The notes beneath the pieces are model-generated. The model had not been told where the DNA came from. It worked only from the letters and a program-made list of their open reading frames with translations, and did no database searches. A stretch of DNA of 63,725 nucleotides, the filler included, from Reticulomyxa filosa (lineage: Eukaryota; Protista; Foraminifera): NCBI GenBank assembly GCA_000512085.1. It is 17 parts of 17 records of this genome, joined end to end, with 100 filler letters (N's around TTAATTAATTAA, not from the genome) between each part and the next. Parts side by side here need not be neighbours in the genome. Positions count along the whole stretch, not along the records: positions 12,471 to 18,182 come from ASPP01006894.1; positions 18,283 to 20,141 come from ASPP01024495.1; positions 20,242 to 22,818 come from ASPP01001543.1; positions 22,919 to 23,989 come from ASPP01022020.1; positions 24,090 to 27,744 come from ASPP01039367.1; 12 more parts are not named here. The stretch is one strand, 5' to 3'. Numbering within the stretch: position 1 is the stretch's first letter; every line of letters begins with the position of its first letter. The translations under genes and the position numbers were made by a program. This document shows positions 14,124-24,399 of this stretch, piece by piece.

Positions 14124-14354
14124 GTATTCCCCGCCGCTTGCGGCGTAATATATTTGCATGAGCAAATATATACATAAAAGTCATAATGTAACGGTGCTAG
14201 TATATCATCTAGTATTTCCAGCTAAGAGTAAGCATGGAAATAAAGAAACGATAGCAAACTATGTCAAGAACCAGGGTAATAGTATATAAAGCTACATAAG
14301 ATTATCAGCTAGCACTGTTCTGAATACCCCGCTGCTTGCGACGGGGATTATTTA
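14124..14354 (+). mobile_element. Internally deleted IS200/IS605-family (tnpA) miniature element
   Basis: Subterminal hairpins CGCCGC-TT-GCGGCG (14132-14145) and CCCCGCTGCTTGCGACGGGG (14327-14346). ORF 14158-14289 is MSKYIHKSHNVTVLVYHLVFPAK joined to SKHGNKETIANYVKNQG, i.e. the TnpA N- and C-termini without the HUH core. Confidence 0.88.
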
Positions 14355-15914
14355 TTGAAAAAACTCGAGACTACAAGAACCTAGCAATGCATCTACGTAA
14401 GTCTCTATATGTGATACCAAAGGAGAATCAAGAGGATTATCTGTGGCTATTTCATCAAATTCTTTACTTACTGATTCACCGGGATTCAACTTTCCTGTTT
14501 TATGAAGATTGATAACATTCTGATAAGCTTGATCCTTTTTCCCATTCACACTATTATAATAGTCATCGTCTAACTGCGCTTTAATTCTAGACATAAGTGC
14601 AGGTATCCCAAACTTTGATGAATAGGCTTCTCGTTGTTCTCTTATATCTACAGGATCGTTTAACATAGCCTCATATTCCTTAGTATTTCCTTCCATCGCA
14701 GCTTTTCTTATACGAGCTGCCGTCTCACCTAATGCAGTTGTATAAACTTTTATATCACGATCATTATGGAGTGGCATATCAACTCTGATCATCTCTACAG
14801 GGACGCATGTTTTTTTTGGAAGAACCTGTTCATACATAGTTTTTGATTCACTAGTACTTGCTGACTCAACGGAATTTAGCTTCATTTTCTCACGAAAATC
14901 TATACCGTCCTGATCAGTTGGTTCACGCAATTTAGATTTATCAGCTTGAATTTTAAAATGAAGCGCAGCTTTCCCAAATTTTAATGCATATGCTTCTTGT
15001 TGTTCTTCTGTATCTATAGGGGTATTATCCCGTTTCGCCCTCGACTCTGCTTCTATTCTATAATGAAGCGCAACTTTTCCATATTTTAATGCATATGCTT
15101 CTCGTTGTTCTTTTGTATCTATAGGGTGGTATGTCATAGCATTATATTCTTCAATACTTCTTTCCATCGCAGTTTTTTCTTTACGAGTTTCGAACGTAAG
15201 TTTATAAGACCTTGCGTCACGATCATTATAAATCGACTGATGTAAAGGTTTAGAACCACTAGTTTTAAAATTAGCTACTTCAGAACCATTATTTTCAACC
15301 AATCCTACTCCTGCTGAAGTGACTAAAGTAGACATTGCTGATGTAGCTGCGCTACCTAAGACATATACAGCTGAAGCTACGTTCGTAGCAACATTCCATA
15401 TAGAAGAGGCAAGAGAGTTATCTGTGACTACTGCACCAATTTTTTCACTTATTGACTTCTGTAAATTTAAAGTTTCTGTCTCACGAAAATTTACAACATC
15501 TTGGTAAGTCGTTTCAAGAAATTTAGCTCTATTCATTTCAGCTAATTTCTTAATAGCAATCATACTATCAACATGTTCTTCTTCCCACTGCTTCACAATC
15601 CTATGCCTAAGCGCTGATTCCCCAAACTTTAACTTATAAGCTTCTTGTTGCTTTGGAGTGTCTATAGAGCCGTTTAACAAAGCTTCACATTCTTTAGTAT
15701 CTTCTTCCATTGCAGCTTTTCTTATACGGGCTGCTGTCCAACCAAATGCAAGTGCATACGCTAATAGGTCGTCATTATTATGGATCGGATCATCAAGACT
15801 AATCATCTTTCCAATAGCATACGGCCTTTTTGAAAAAAGCTTTTGATATAAAGTTTTTGATCCAGCACTTTTTAAATTTGCCACTTCAAACTCATTACTT
15901 CCAAACCAGTCCAT
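14352..15914 (-). CDS. 520-aa hypothetical bacterial protein built from internal repeats
   Basis: Intact intronless ORF. PIDTxEQxEAYxLKFGxxALxxRI occurs four times, plus related PxHNxxDxxxYxxxxGxTAARIRKAAME copies. Confidence 0.85.
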   Translation of the reverse strand: MDWFGSNEFEVANLKSAGSKTLYQKLFSKRPYAIGKMISLDDPIHNNDDLLAYALAFGWTAARIRKAAMEEDTKECEALLNGSIDTPKQQEAYKLKFGESALRHRIVKQWEEEHVDSMIAIKKLAEMNRAKFLETTYQDVVNFRETETLNLQKSISEKIGAVVTDNSLASSIWNVATNVASAVYVLGSAATSAMSTLVTSAGVGLVENNGSEVANFKTSGSKPLHQSIYNDRDARSYKLTFETRKEKTAMERSIEEYNAMTYHPIDTKEQREAYALKYGKVALHYRIEAESRAKRDNTPIDTEEQQEAYALKFGKAALHFKIQADKSKLREPTDQDGIDFREKMKLNSVESASTSESKTMYEQVLPKKTCVPVEMIRVDMPLHNDRDIKVYTTALGETAARIRKAAMEGNTKEYEAMLNDPVDIREQREAYSSKFGIPALMSRIKAQLDDDYYNSVNGKKDQAYQNVINLHKTGKLNPGESVSKEFDEIATDNPLDSPLVSHIETYVDALLGSCSLEFFQ

Positions 15915-15943
15915 AAAACCCCACTAATAAATTATTTTTTGCA

Positions 15944-18030
15944 CTAAGCATCTGCTTCTTTATTTATTACATCTATTAGAATATACCCAAAATTTTCTAA
16001 AGCAATCATTTCTTCTGCATCTATACTCAATTTTCGCCATCTTGCTTCTGAACAAATCATGAAAGAAGAGGTTTCGTCATCCACGATTTTTGCTCTTATA
16101 GTACTAGCATTAATGATGCTTTCTTCCATTAATGCATCATTAATAGTCTTCATAAAGAATATGCTATTGCAGTTATCTATGACAATGTTAGCTTTATTTG
16201 TAATGTTATTACACTTCTCTGCGTAATTTAGTCGGACATCTGCGACTATCCCTTCGATTCTACAATCTGCGGCTTCTCTTAACTGATTTATCCCTTCTTC
16301 AAAACACTCTCTTTTTGCTTGATCGATAAGAGTTGCTACAAAATCTTGAAATTTTTTATGTATTTCCGTCTTCACAGATGGATCATTTATATTTTTAAAT
16401 CATTTAATATGCTTGTTAAAGGTTTTTTATTCTGTTGTTTCATTCCCTCAACCTTTTGTATAGGTTGCCAGAATTTCATCCATTCAAACCATGAAAATTC
16501 CAACTCCTATATCCTCTTCTTTTGCTATAGAAAAATATTTTGCTTTAATCCCTAAAAGTGCCTCAAATTTCTCTCGTAAACTCGTATAATAAATTTTTTG
16601 CGATTCAATATCTTTATAATCATTCATCGTAGAGCTAATCTCGTCTTGAGCATTAAGTATATGATTATAAATAGTGTAAAACTCTTGTATATTGTTTTTG
16701 AAACCTTTCAGATAGTTATGGATACTTATATAGTCATCATAACTATTAAATTTTAAATCATTTTTTAAGTTAACGAATATTGGATCTTGTATTAAAGTTT
16801 TAAAGTCATTAAGCCAATTAATAATATCTGCATCAAAGCAGCTGGCAGAGTCTTTTTGATCTTCTAACTCTATAAATTCATTTAATATGGGTTCCACCGT
16901 CAATAATTGGTATAAATCTTGTTCAAATATTGGAGTATAGCTATGCGTCCCTTCGCTGTCTGCCTTTAAAAATTTCTTAATATTAATCTTATCTATATAA
17001 ACCTTTGTTTGTGCCCACAACTTATTATATCGTTCAATAAGTATGTCACATTTCTGTAATCAATCTTGTAAGATATATTCACTAAGGTATCTCGAAGATT
17101 CTCTTGCTATTATATACTAAAGTATTGTGTAACCTAGGGCATTATATTTATAATCATCTATTAATTTAAAAGTCATTTCAAGTTTAGCTTCTTCATGGCG
17201 AATCTTGTTTATACCTTTATTCAAAGCAGAGACTTTTAACCATTTCGAATTTAATACTGTATTTGCATTATTTTCTTCCACAGAATCTCCCGCCTTGATA
17301 TTTTTTTTATTAAGTACCCCTATAGGGGTACTTAACTTTATCGCCTTTTCAAATTCATCTAATGCTGAGTCAAATTTGCCTTGCCTTTGGTATAATACAC
17401 CAAGAAAGCCGTGCACATCCGCATTATTAGGCCCCAGCTCTGCTATTTTCTTTATTTTTACTGTTTCCTTTCTTAATACGTCTTGCGTATCGGGTATCAT
17501 ATGTTTATAGAACATGTGGTTAGGATCTGTCCGCATTGTTTTTTCAAAGTCCTTTGCCAGATCTCTAGCCTCTATCATGTTATTATAGCCCATATACGCA
17601 CATATTAAATTTTCACACTTTTTAATCAACTAACTAGGCGAAGTCAACTGATTGTTTCTTAATGAGATTGGGAGAAGGTTTGGTAATAAAACTATTGGTT
17701 TCTTCATCGACCTTCGTTTTGAGATTAACTCGAGTTGCGCTTAAGGATACGGTAAGCTATTGTTATATAAAGAATTTCAATTGTTTGATTTTTATATAAT
17801 TTCTAGTATTTTCTTATAGAAGTGGTATTTTTCCTGCCTTTTTAGGTTCAGATTGTGAATTAATCATTTGGTATGACAGCTTTCGTTTTTATTAAATCCC
17901 TTATTATTCAATAAGTTACCTCATCCTTAAGCGCAATTCGGGTTATTTATAGAGCTTGAGAGATTTAACTGGAGTGAAGGAGAGTACGATGCTTCTGCTT
18001 CTTGATTAATCTTTTCTAAATCCTCTTTTT
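15944..18030 (-). pseudogene. Fragmented long TPR-containing gene
   Basis: ORFs 17117-17629, 16484-17020 and 15944-16375 share one frame, with gaps of 96 and 108 nt containing stops. TPR in the first: PNNADVHGFLGVLYQRQGKFDSALDEFEKAIKL. The upstream part is interrupted by a MITE. Confidence 0.6.
17728..17943. mobile_element. 216-bp MITE with ~50-bp imperfect TIRs and TA duplication
   Basis: TA|ACTCGAGTTGCGCTTAAGGATACGGTAAGCTATTG ... CAATAAGTTACCTCATCCTTAAGCGCAATTCGGGT|TA. Confidence 0.85.
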
Positions 18031-18860
18031 AAAAACTAGCTTGTGCCGTCTCCTTCATGTGCAAATAACCATACGCGTCAAGTTAAGGGTTTATGACAAT
18101 CAGTTTTATGGCAGAGAGTGTGGATATCCTAGTGTGTCTATACCTATCTTTTATGGAGAATTTCGACCAAGCTTTTATAAGGNNNNNNNNNNNNNNNNNN
18201 NNNNNNNNNNNNNNNNNNNNNNNNNNTTAATTAATTAANNNNNNNNNNNNNNNNNNNNNNNNNNNNNNNNNNNNNNNNNNNNCTTTGGCCATAAATATTC
18301 TTCAAGTTTGCTATCTCTTTTCTGATTTGGTATTCCCATAATCATATCGTATAATTAATTGAATTAAGACAATACATGTATCATCGAGCATACAGACGAA
18401 TATCCTTGGAAGTTGTCCAATTACTTTGCAAATGTCACATTACATAATTGAATTATTTCACATAAATAAAGTGGTTTCTTCTAATTAATTGTAAAAAACG
18501 CATCTCATTGCAATATTGCGATTATTTTTTGTTAAACATTTTCAAAATTTTAGTGGTTCCTTTTTCATTTCAGTCAATCTATTTTTATTTTGTTTCGAAC
18601 CTTCTAAAGAATTACGCAAAACGTATATACGTATACTTCTCAAAAAAAATCTTCAAATAATAACCACTTTCCAAAAGGTTCTTACAGGCAACTTAAATTT
18701 GCATGGGATCATTAAAAATAATGAAACTGCCGAGATTTTTTGCAATCGAAAAAGGTCATTACGAAAAGAAGCATTTCATAAATTTTTTCCCCAAAAGTAC
18801 AAGTTTTTCAATTTCTCCCATCGATACAAAAAAATTATATACGTATACATGATCCAAAAA

Positions 18861-19643
18861 CTAAGAAAGGTCAACTGCCAAGTGTTGGCCCTTGCTCACA
18901 AAAAAAAGCTGAAGGTAAAAGAAAAATTTACGAAAATACAAGAGAAACCATGGCGAAAAGCAGAGAATAGCAATAGAAGCAGTGGAAACAGGGGAAGCAG
19001 TAGAAACAGGGAAAGCATCACAACCAATCAAAGTTTGATAATAATAGCCTGAACTTTTTCCACAACTGCTTACGGCAGAAAAATGGAGCAAAGCAGCTGA
19101 AGGCGTGCATTTCATATCATCGAAAAAATGCACTGTGATATTGTCATTGGCACAGGTAAATACCATGCTCTGGTTCGTGCCTGATAAATCAGAGCCAATG
19201 CAAGTGTTAAGGGTATAAGCAGCTTCAGAAAAGCCATCTGTATGTTTGCAGCTCGTTGCGGACGACGAAAAGTTATACTTACGCTCATAGGCACTACATT
19301 CGCTACCAGATTTGGTGCCATTGCATTTCCATTGCAAGTAAGTAATTGGAAAATCAAAAGTAGCTGCGAACTCGGTAGAGTTTTGTTCGTTGAAAGGGGT
19401 TCCACTGCAATTTGCGTTTTCCCATTCTTGGTACGTTACGTTTTTATCAGCGTTACAAACAAATTTAGAACTAGTCTTTTTTCCAGTGGAATCTTGTTGT
19501 TGCCAACAAACATCAACCGAATAAGGAAGAAAGAGGAACACATAGTTGCAATCATTGGTCAATTGGAGACTTGCAGTTGTCGTCGAGGACAAAGAAGAAA
19601 AGACCAGTCCAAAGATTAAAGCCAAGGAAAAGAAATTTGCCAT
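18861..19643 (-). CDS. Secreted or surface Cys-rich glycoprotein, probably GPI- or TM-anchored
   Basis: Signal peptide MANFFSLALIFGLVFSSLS (ATG 19643), two Cys-patterned modules, many N-x-S/T sites, PVSTAS repeat and a hydrophobic C-terminus. Confidence 0.8.
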   Translation of the reverse strand: MANFFSLALIFGLVFSSLSSTTTASLQLTNDCNYVFLFLPYSVDVCWQQQDSTGKKTSSKFVCNADKNVTYQEWENANCSGTPFNEQNSTEFAATFDFPITYLQWKCNGTKSGSECSAYERKYNFSSSATSCKHTDGFSEAAYTLNTCIGSDLSGTNQSMVFTCANDNITVHFFDDMKCTPSAALLHFSAVSSCGKSSGYYYQTLIGCDAFPVSTASPVSTASIAILCFSPWFLLYFRKFFFYLQLFFVSKGQHLAVDLS

Positions 19644-20254
19644 CTTCAGTCGAAAGGTGATCAAAATGAACTGACAAAAAAACCAAACAAAAACTACTAA
19701 AGTGTAAAGAAAAAATTTTTTTAAAAAAAAGTGGCCTGCAAAAGGGACAACACCCCGTTGTTTAACCTTGACATAGTGGACATTCACTATTCGTCAATTT
19801 ATAGTATTTGTCAAAATTGTGCGCATACTACTCGATTTGATAATTCAAAAAAGTAAATAGTTATTACTACAACAAAATCTGTCACAAAGCGTTAAGTCAT
19901 TAGCCAAATCTTTTAATCTGTTGTCACATGCAATTACAAAAATATTATGAAGAAGAAATGTGTAAATCTTAAATAACAAAAATGTTCACATCCATCACAT
20001 TTGTAAAAATGCATCCTATTAAGTGCATTCAGACTATTATAACTTTTGAACAAGACACAAGGAAGAATTATGGCCGTTTTCATATTTAAAAAATTTTAAC
20101 TAATGTTTTAAATTCAAACATTTATAGAATTATCTATGCTANNNNNNNNNNNNNNNNNNNNNNNNNNNNNNNNNNNNNNNNNNNNTTAATTAATTAANNN
20201 NNNNNNNNNNNNNNNNNNNNNNNNNNNNNNNNNNNNNNNNNTATTTTTCAATCT

Positions 20255-22818
20255 ATGAGTATACCATTTTACAGTCAGTGTACTGACAAAGAAGCATGCT
20301 CTATTGTACCCCGGAACCTCATTAACGATTTCGAACATTCGCCATTAACTTTACAAAATGAGTTGGTGAAAGACAAAACTTTGGGCCAGAGAGTAAGCAA
20401 CGTGGTCGAGGCTTTGCCTGAGAACAAACTACCAGAATTAGACGGTTTGGAAGAAGATAAAGAGAATGCCGCGCCTAAGGGTCTTTCTTTGACCTCAGAA
20501 GCAAAAAGCGTAAAGACAAGTGGTATACGTTCATTTCCTACAAGTTGTAAGCAAGATCTAGAAAAACAACTAGTGATAAGATTGTTAGACTTGGAAAAAT
20601 CAGTCGCAAGTCAAGCAATGGAGAATCCATACGACACAAAAGTAGTGGTGGCAGGCCACGTCTGTGCAGATAAAGATAGTAGTGATAATAGTACCATACA
20701 AAACGAACAACTAGTAAGGACAATCGAAAGGCTCAACTACACCCTTAAACAAAGGAAAAGAAGTGATGCAGAAGAGAAAATCGAAAAAATGGGCCTAAAA
20801 AGCAAATATTTGGATTCCCACGGATTATTAGAGATAAGACCGCTGGGAAAAATCGTCGCAGGTCAAAAACCGTCAGAATTCAAGCATAGCAAAATTTCCA
20901 AAGGAAAAAGGTGGGTGCAGAATGTGGACAACTCTGGCGAAGTCCCGCCTGACATCAAGCATCCAAGGTCAAATCGGCGGGAAAATGAGGAAGAGAGCGC
21001 CCTCAAAGTTCCCGAGAAACCAGTCGAAACAGGTTTTGAAATGGCGAGTCAAGACTGTGCAAACAAAGAAAGGGGTACTCATGCCAATTATCGAATAGGC
21101 AGAGCACAAAAATTGACTAGTGAACCTAATCAGGAGATATTGGTCGGAAGGGGCAAAGGAGTAGAAATTGAAAAATTGGCCCAAGATGGCAGAGACTTAG
21201 ATCCCCACGTAAAATTAGTAAAGAAAATAGATTCGGATCGAAAATTGGCGAAAAAGTCTCAAAGTTCCGGGAAAACCCCAGATAGAAAAGTTTTATCAAC
21301 CGAACAACATCTTAATTGTAAGACCCCACGTAGGGGTGAGTTACAGATGGCCCCCTTCCAAGATATCAGCGCCACCATCATCAATAACGAAATTCAATGT
21401 CGAAGTGGAATCAGTATGGCGAGTGGATACAACCTGAGCTCCAGCTCCAACTTCTCAAAAGTGAAGGCGAAGAGTGACCACGAGCACAACGTCTCCAACG
21501 GCCAAACAAACACCGGTAAATTAGAAACCAAAGGTAACCCCAAATGGTTCTCTCCAAATGAGGAATTTCAACAAGTAATTGCGGCTCCACCCCTTCCTCC
21601 TCAGCGCGAAATTAATCGTACATCCCTTACGGACAACTTGGAAGGACACGCCCAACGGCAACAACGATCCCCACTTCAAGCAATGCAATATCATCCACTA
21701 TCACCTTACTCAAAAGGTCAATGTTTCTCCAAGCCGGCTAGCACTGCTGAAGCAGGTAATTGTTTCTCTGGCCACTCACCACTTTGGCGAACTCCACTAA
21801 GTGGAGGCCAAACTCAGGCCTCTCCATGTGACAAATCATTTTTGATTGGCCAATCTCTCACGGCCGGCCCACTGGACTTTCCCGTCGAATTGGAAACATT
21901 GAGCAAGGGGCAAATGGAACCAGAACATCAAAACATTGGTTCAATGGTGAAGTTGGAAATGGAAAGCGAGCGAGTAACCAAGTGTGGTGGCAGGCAGACT
22001 GCTATGCAAATGACACAATTTGATCCGCCGTGCGACATCCTCAAACAAATGCATTGTCCCTCATCAATCGTACTCCCGCGACGGATTGCAGATGGACCAA
22101 ATCATCCATCATCATCACCGCCGCCAACAACGCAAGTCACAACCAAACAGCCACAACTGTTACAACTGGCCGAACAACAAGTCCGACCCATGAACAGTAA
22201 AGAAAGCGTCCGAGATGAGAGAAAGTCCGCAAGCCAGACCAGGAGTAATACATACGTATTGGAAACGCCAAAAACTCCAAATGGCGATTCAAACATGCGA
22301 CTGCCCGGAAAGTGTTACACGTAGTAATACATCCATAATCGAAGTCTCAAAATCATCAATCGGTGAATTAAATATGCGACCATCCGGAAACAGTATACGT
22401 AGTAACGCATACATTTTGAAACCACCAACAACATCAAGCGACGAATTGAATAAGCGACCATCCGAAAGTGATATACGCAGTAACACGTACATATCCAAAG
22501 CACCAAAATCATCAAGTAGTGAATCAAATACGAGACCAAGTGAAAACGGTATTCGTAATAACGCATACACAGTTGATGCGGCAGAAAGAAAAGTTGAGGA
22601 CGCACGCGAAAACCAACAATTGTATTATCGTGAGCAACCGAATTTGCAACTAGTACTGCCAAGCCCAGAGTGCCCCAGAGGCAAGGGCAGGGTGGACACC
22701 GACAGTACCACATCAAGTGAGAAGGGTGGTGCCGCCGAGAACAGCCATGTTTATACAAACCACGATGATGTTGTCACAGACCCGGATGTGGTCGTCGTCA
22801 ACCCGACCAGAAGACTCC
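20255..22818 (+). mobile_element. Long intronless low-complexity ORF (one frameshift), homologous to the 5' region of the retroelement at 24400-27744
   Basis: Shared blocks: TIERLNYTLKQRK vs TIEKFNHTLEQRK, DSHGLLEIR vs GSHGLLEAR, APFQDISATIIN..RSG vs SPFRDCSATILN..RSG. Confidence 0.55.
22241..22575 (+). repeat. 78-bp (26-aa) coding tandem repeat, about 4.3 units
   Basis: RSN(T/A)Y-type unit starts at 22241, 22320, 22398, 22476 and 22554. Confidence 0.85.
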
Positions 22819-24399
22819 NNNNNNNNNNNNNNNNNNNNNNNNNNNNNNNNNNNNNNNNNNNNTTAATTAATTAANNNNNNNNNNNNNNNNNNNNNNNNNN
22901 NNNNNNNNNNNNNNNNNNTATCGTTTTAGGCGTTCAGTTTTCTTTGCAACTTACTGTATTATCAGTTAATAACACGATTACAGCCATTCATGTACAAAAA
23001 ACGTTTATTTTAGTTAATATTATTTAATGAAGACAACGACAATCTATTTGTAGCTAGAAGATCTTTATTTTGTGACATGTTAGTTGACGAAGGCAACACT
23101 AACTCATTCACGGTCAAGTGACCTTTATTTTGGCAATTATTAGTTGATGTAATGATTACACATTCATGATCAAAAATCACCTTTTTTTTTGTATATAAGC
23201 GCATTTTGTTTAAATTCATATTTGTATCCAAATAATTTACTAATTTCAATCATAATTAAGTAATATATTCTTTCAAAAAGTTTATTGTTCTATAATGTCG
23301 ATTTTTCATTTTTTGAACAACTTATCGTCTCTAAAATATTCTATCTTAAATTGTTCAATCCTTTTGAACTATTTCTTTTGTTAAATGATTTCTTGTTCTA
23401 TCCGCAGTTTAATCCATTTGGGACAAAAAAATGTAGTTGTAATTTTTCGTGACATATAAAAGAACAATTGAATAACAAAAAACAAAATTGAAAGTAAAAG
23501 ACTTTTTTCAGTAGAACCTAGAGTTCCCTTTGTCCCTTTTATTTAAAAAAAATTTTTATTATACCAAAAAAATTTTTCAATCTTAGAAGCATCTTTTTCT
23601 CATACCAAAAAACATTTTTTAATTTTATTTTTTGTGGTGAAATTTAAAATACATTATCAATGAAATTTCTTCATTTTGCAATTTTTCTGTACATATATTA
23701 TTTTCAAAAAAATTTTATCAAAATTAGTTGATTTAAACATATCACTTTTAAAAAAAAGCAATTATACTAACAATTAGTTTTTATTATTTTATTTGTTTTC
23801 AATTTTTATTTTTTTTAATTAAACTTTATGTCCTCAATTTTGCTTTTCTTATAACATAATTATTATTTTACAAATCATATATAAAATTGATTTTAAGGAT
23901 TCGATAAATTAGTTTTACCTGGATCCTGAGTTTTATTAAAGAAAGTGCTTTTATGATCTGTTTACAAATTGTTATGACTATTACATAATNNNNNNNNNNN
24001 NNNNNNNNNNNNNNNNNNNNNNNNNNNNNNNNNTTAATTAATTAANNNNNNNNNNNNNNNNNNNNNNNNNNNNNNNNNNNNNNNNNNNNTCGTTATGATA
24101 AAAAAAAATGCGTTGAAAGATTTTGATCACTTTTTTTATTGACATAGGTTACGACGTTATTGCATTAATTGGTGGGATCTACCTGTCAAGGCGACAGGAT
24201 GATGCAGTGACGAGACAAGAGCGGAAGTATACGTATGTAGATTGCTCGATGGTGCAACCAGTTGCGAATAAACCAGTTGAAAAATAACTAGTTGCGAATT
24301 AAACAGATAAAACACAACTACTCGCAAATCAAGTATTGGAAAGCAACTGGTTGAAAAACTTTTAAGTTTGGAACGATTAATAGCATGGCAAGTGGTTGA

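Noticed and set aside
15944-17629. Alternative genetic code (TGA=Trp) explaining in-frame stops
   Set aside because: TAG and TAA also interrupt the frame, and neighbouring intact genes use TGG. Decay is the simpler explanation.
12957-19643. Bacterial genes next to eukaryotic genes as horizontal transfer
   Set aside because: They are separated by artificial spacers, with no physical linkage shown.
22919-23989. 79-aa ORF with a weak 60-bp duplication in an AT-rich contig
   Set aside because: Too short and degenerate to assign.
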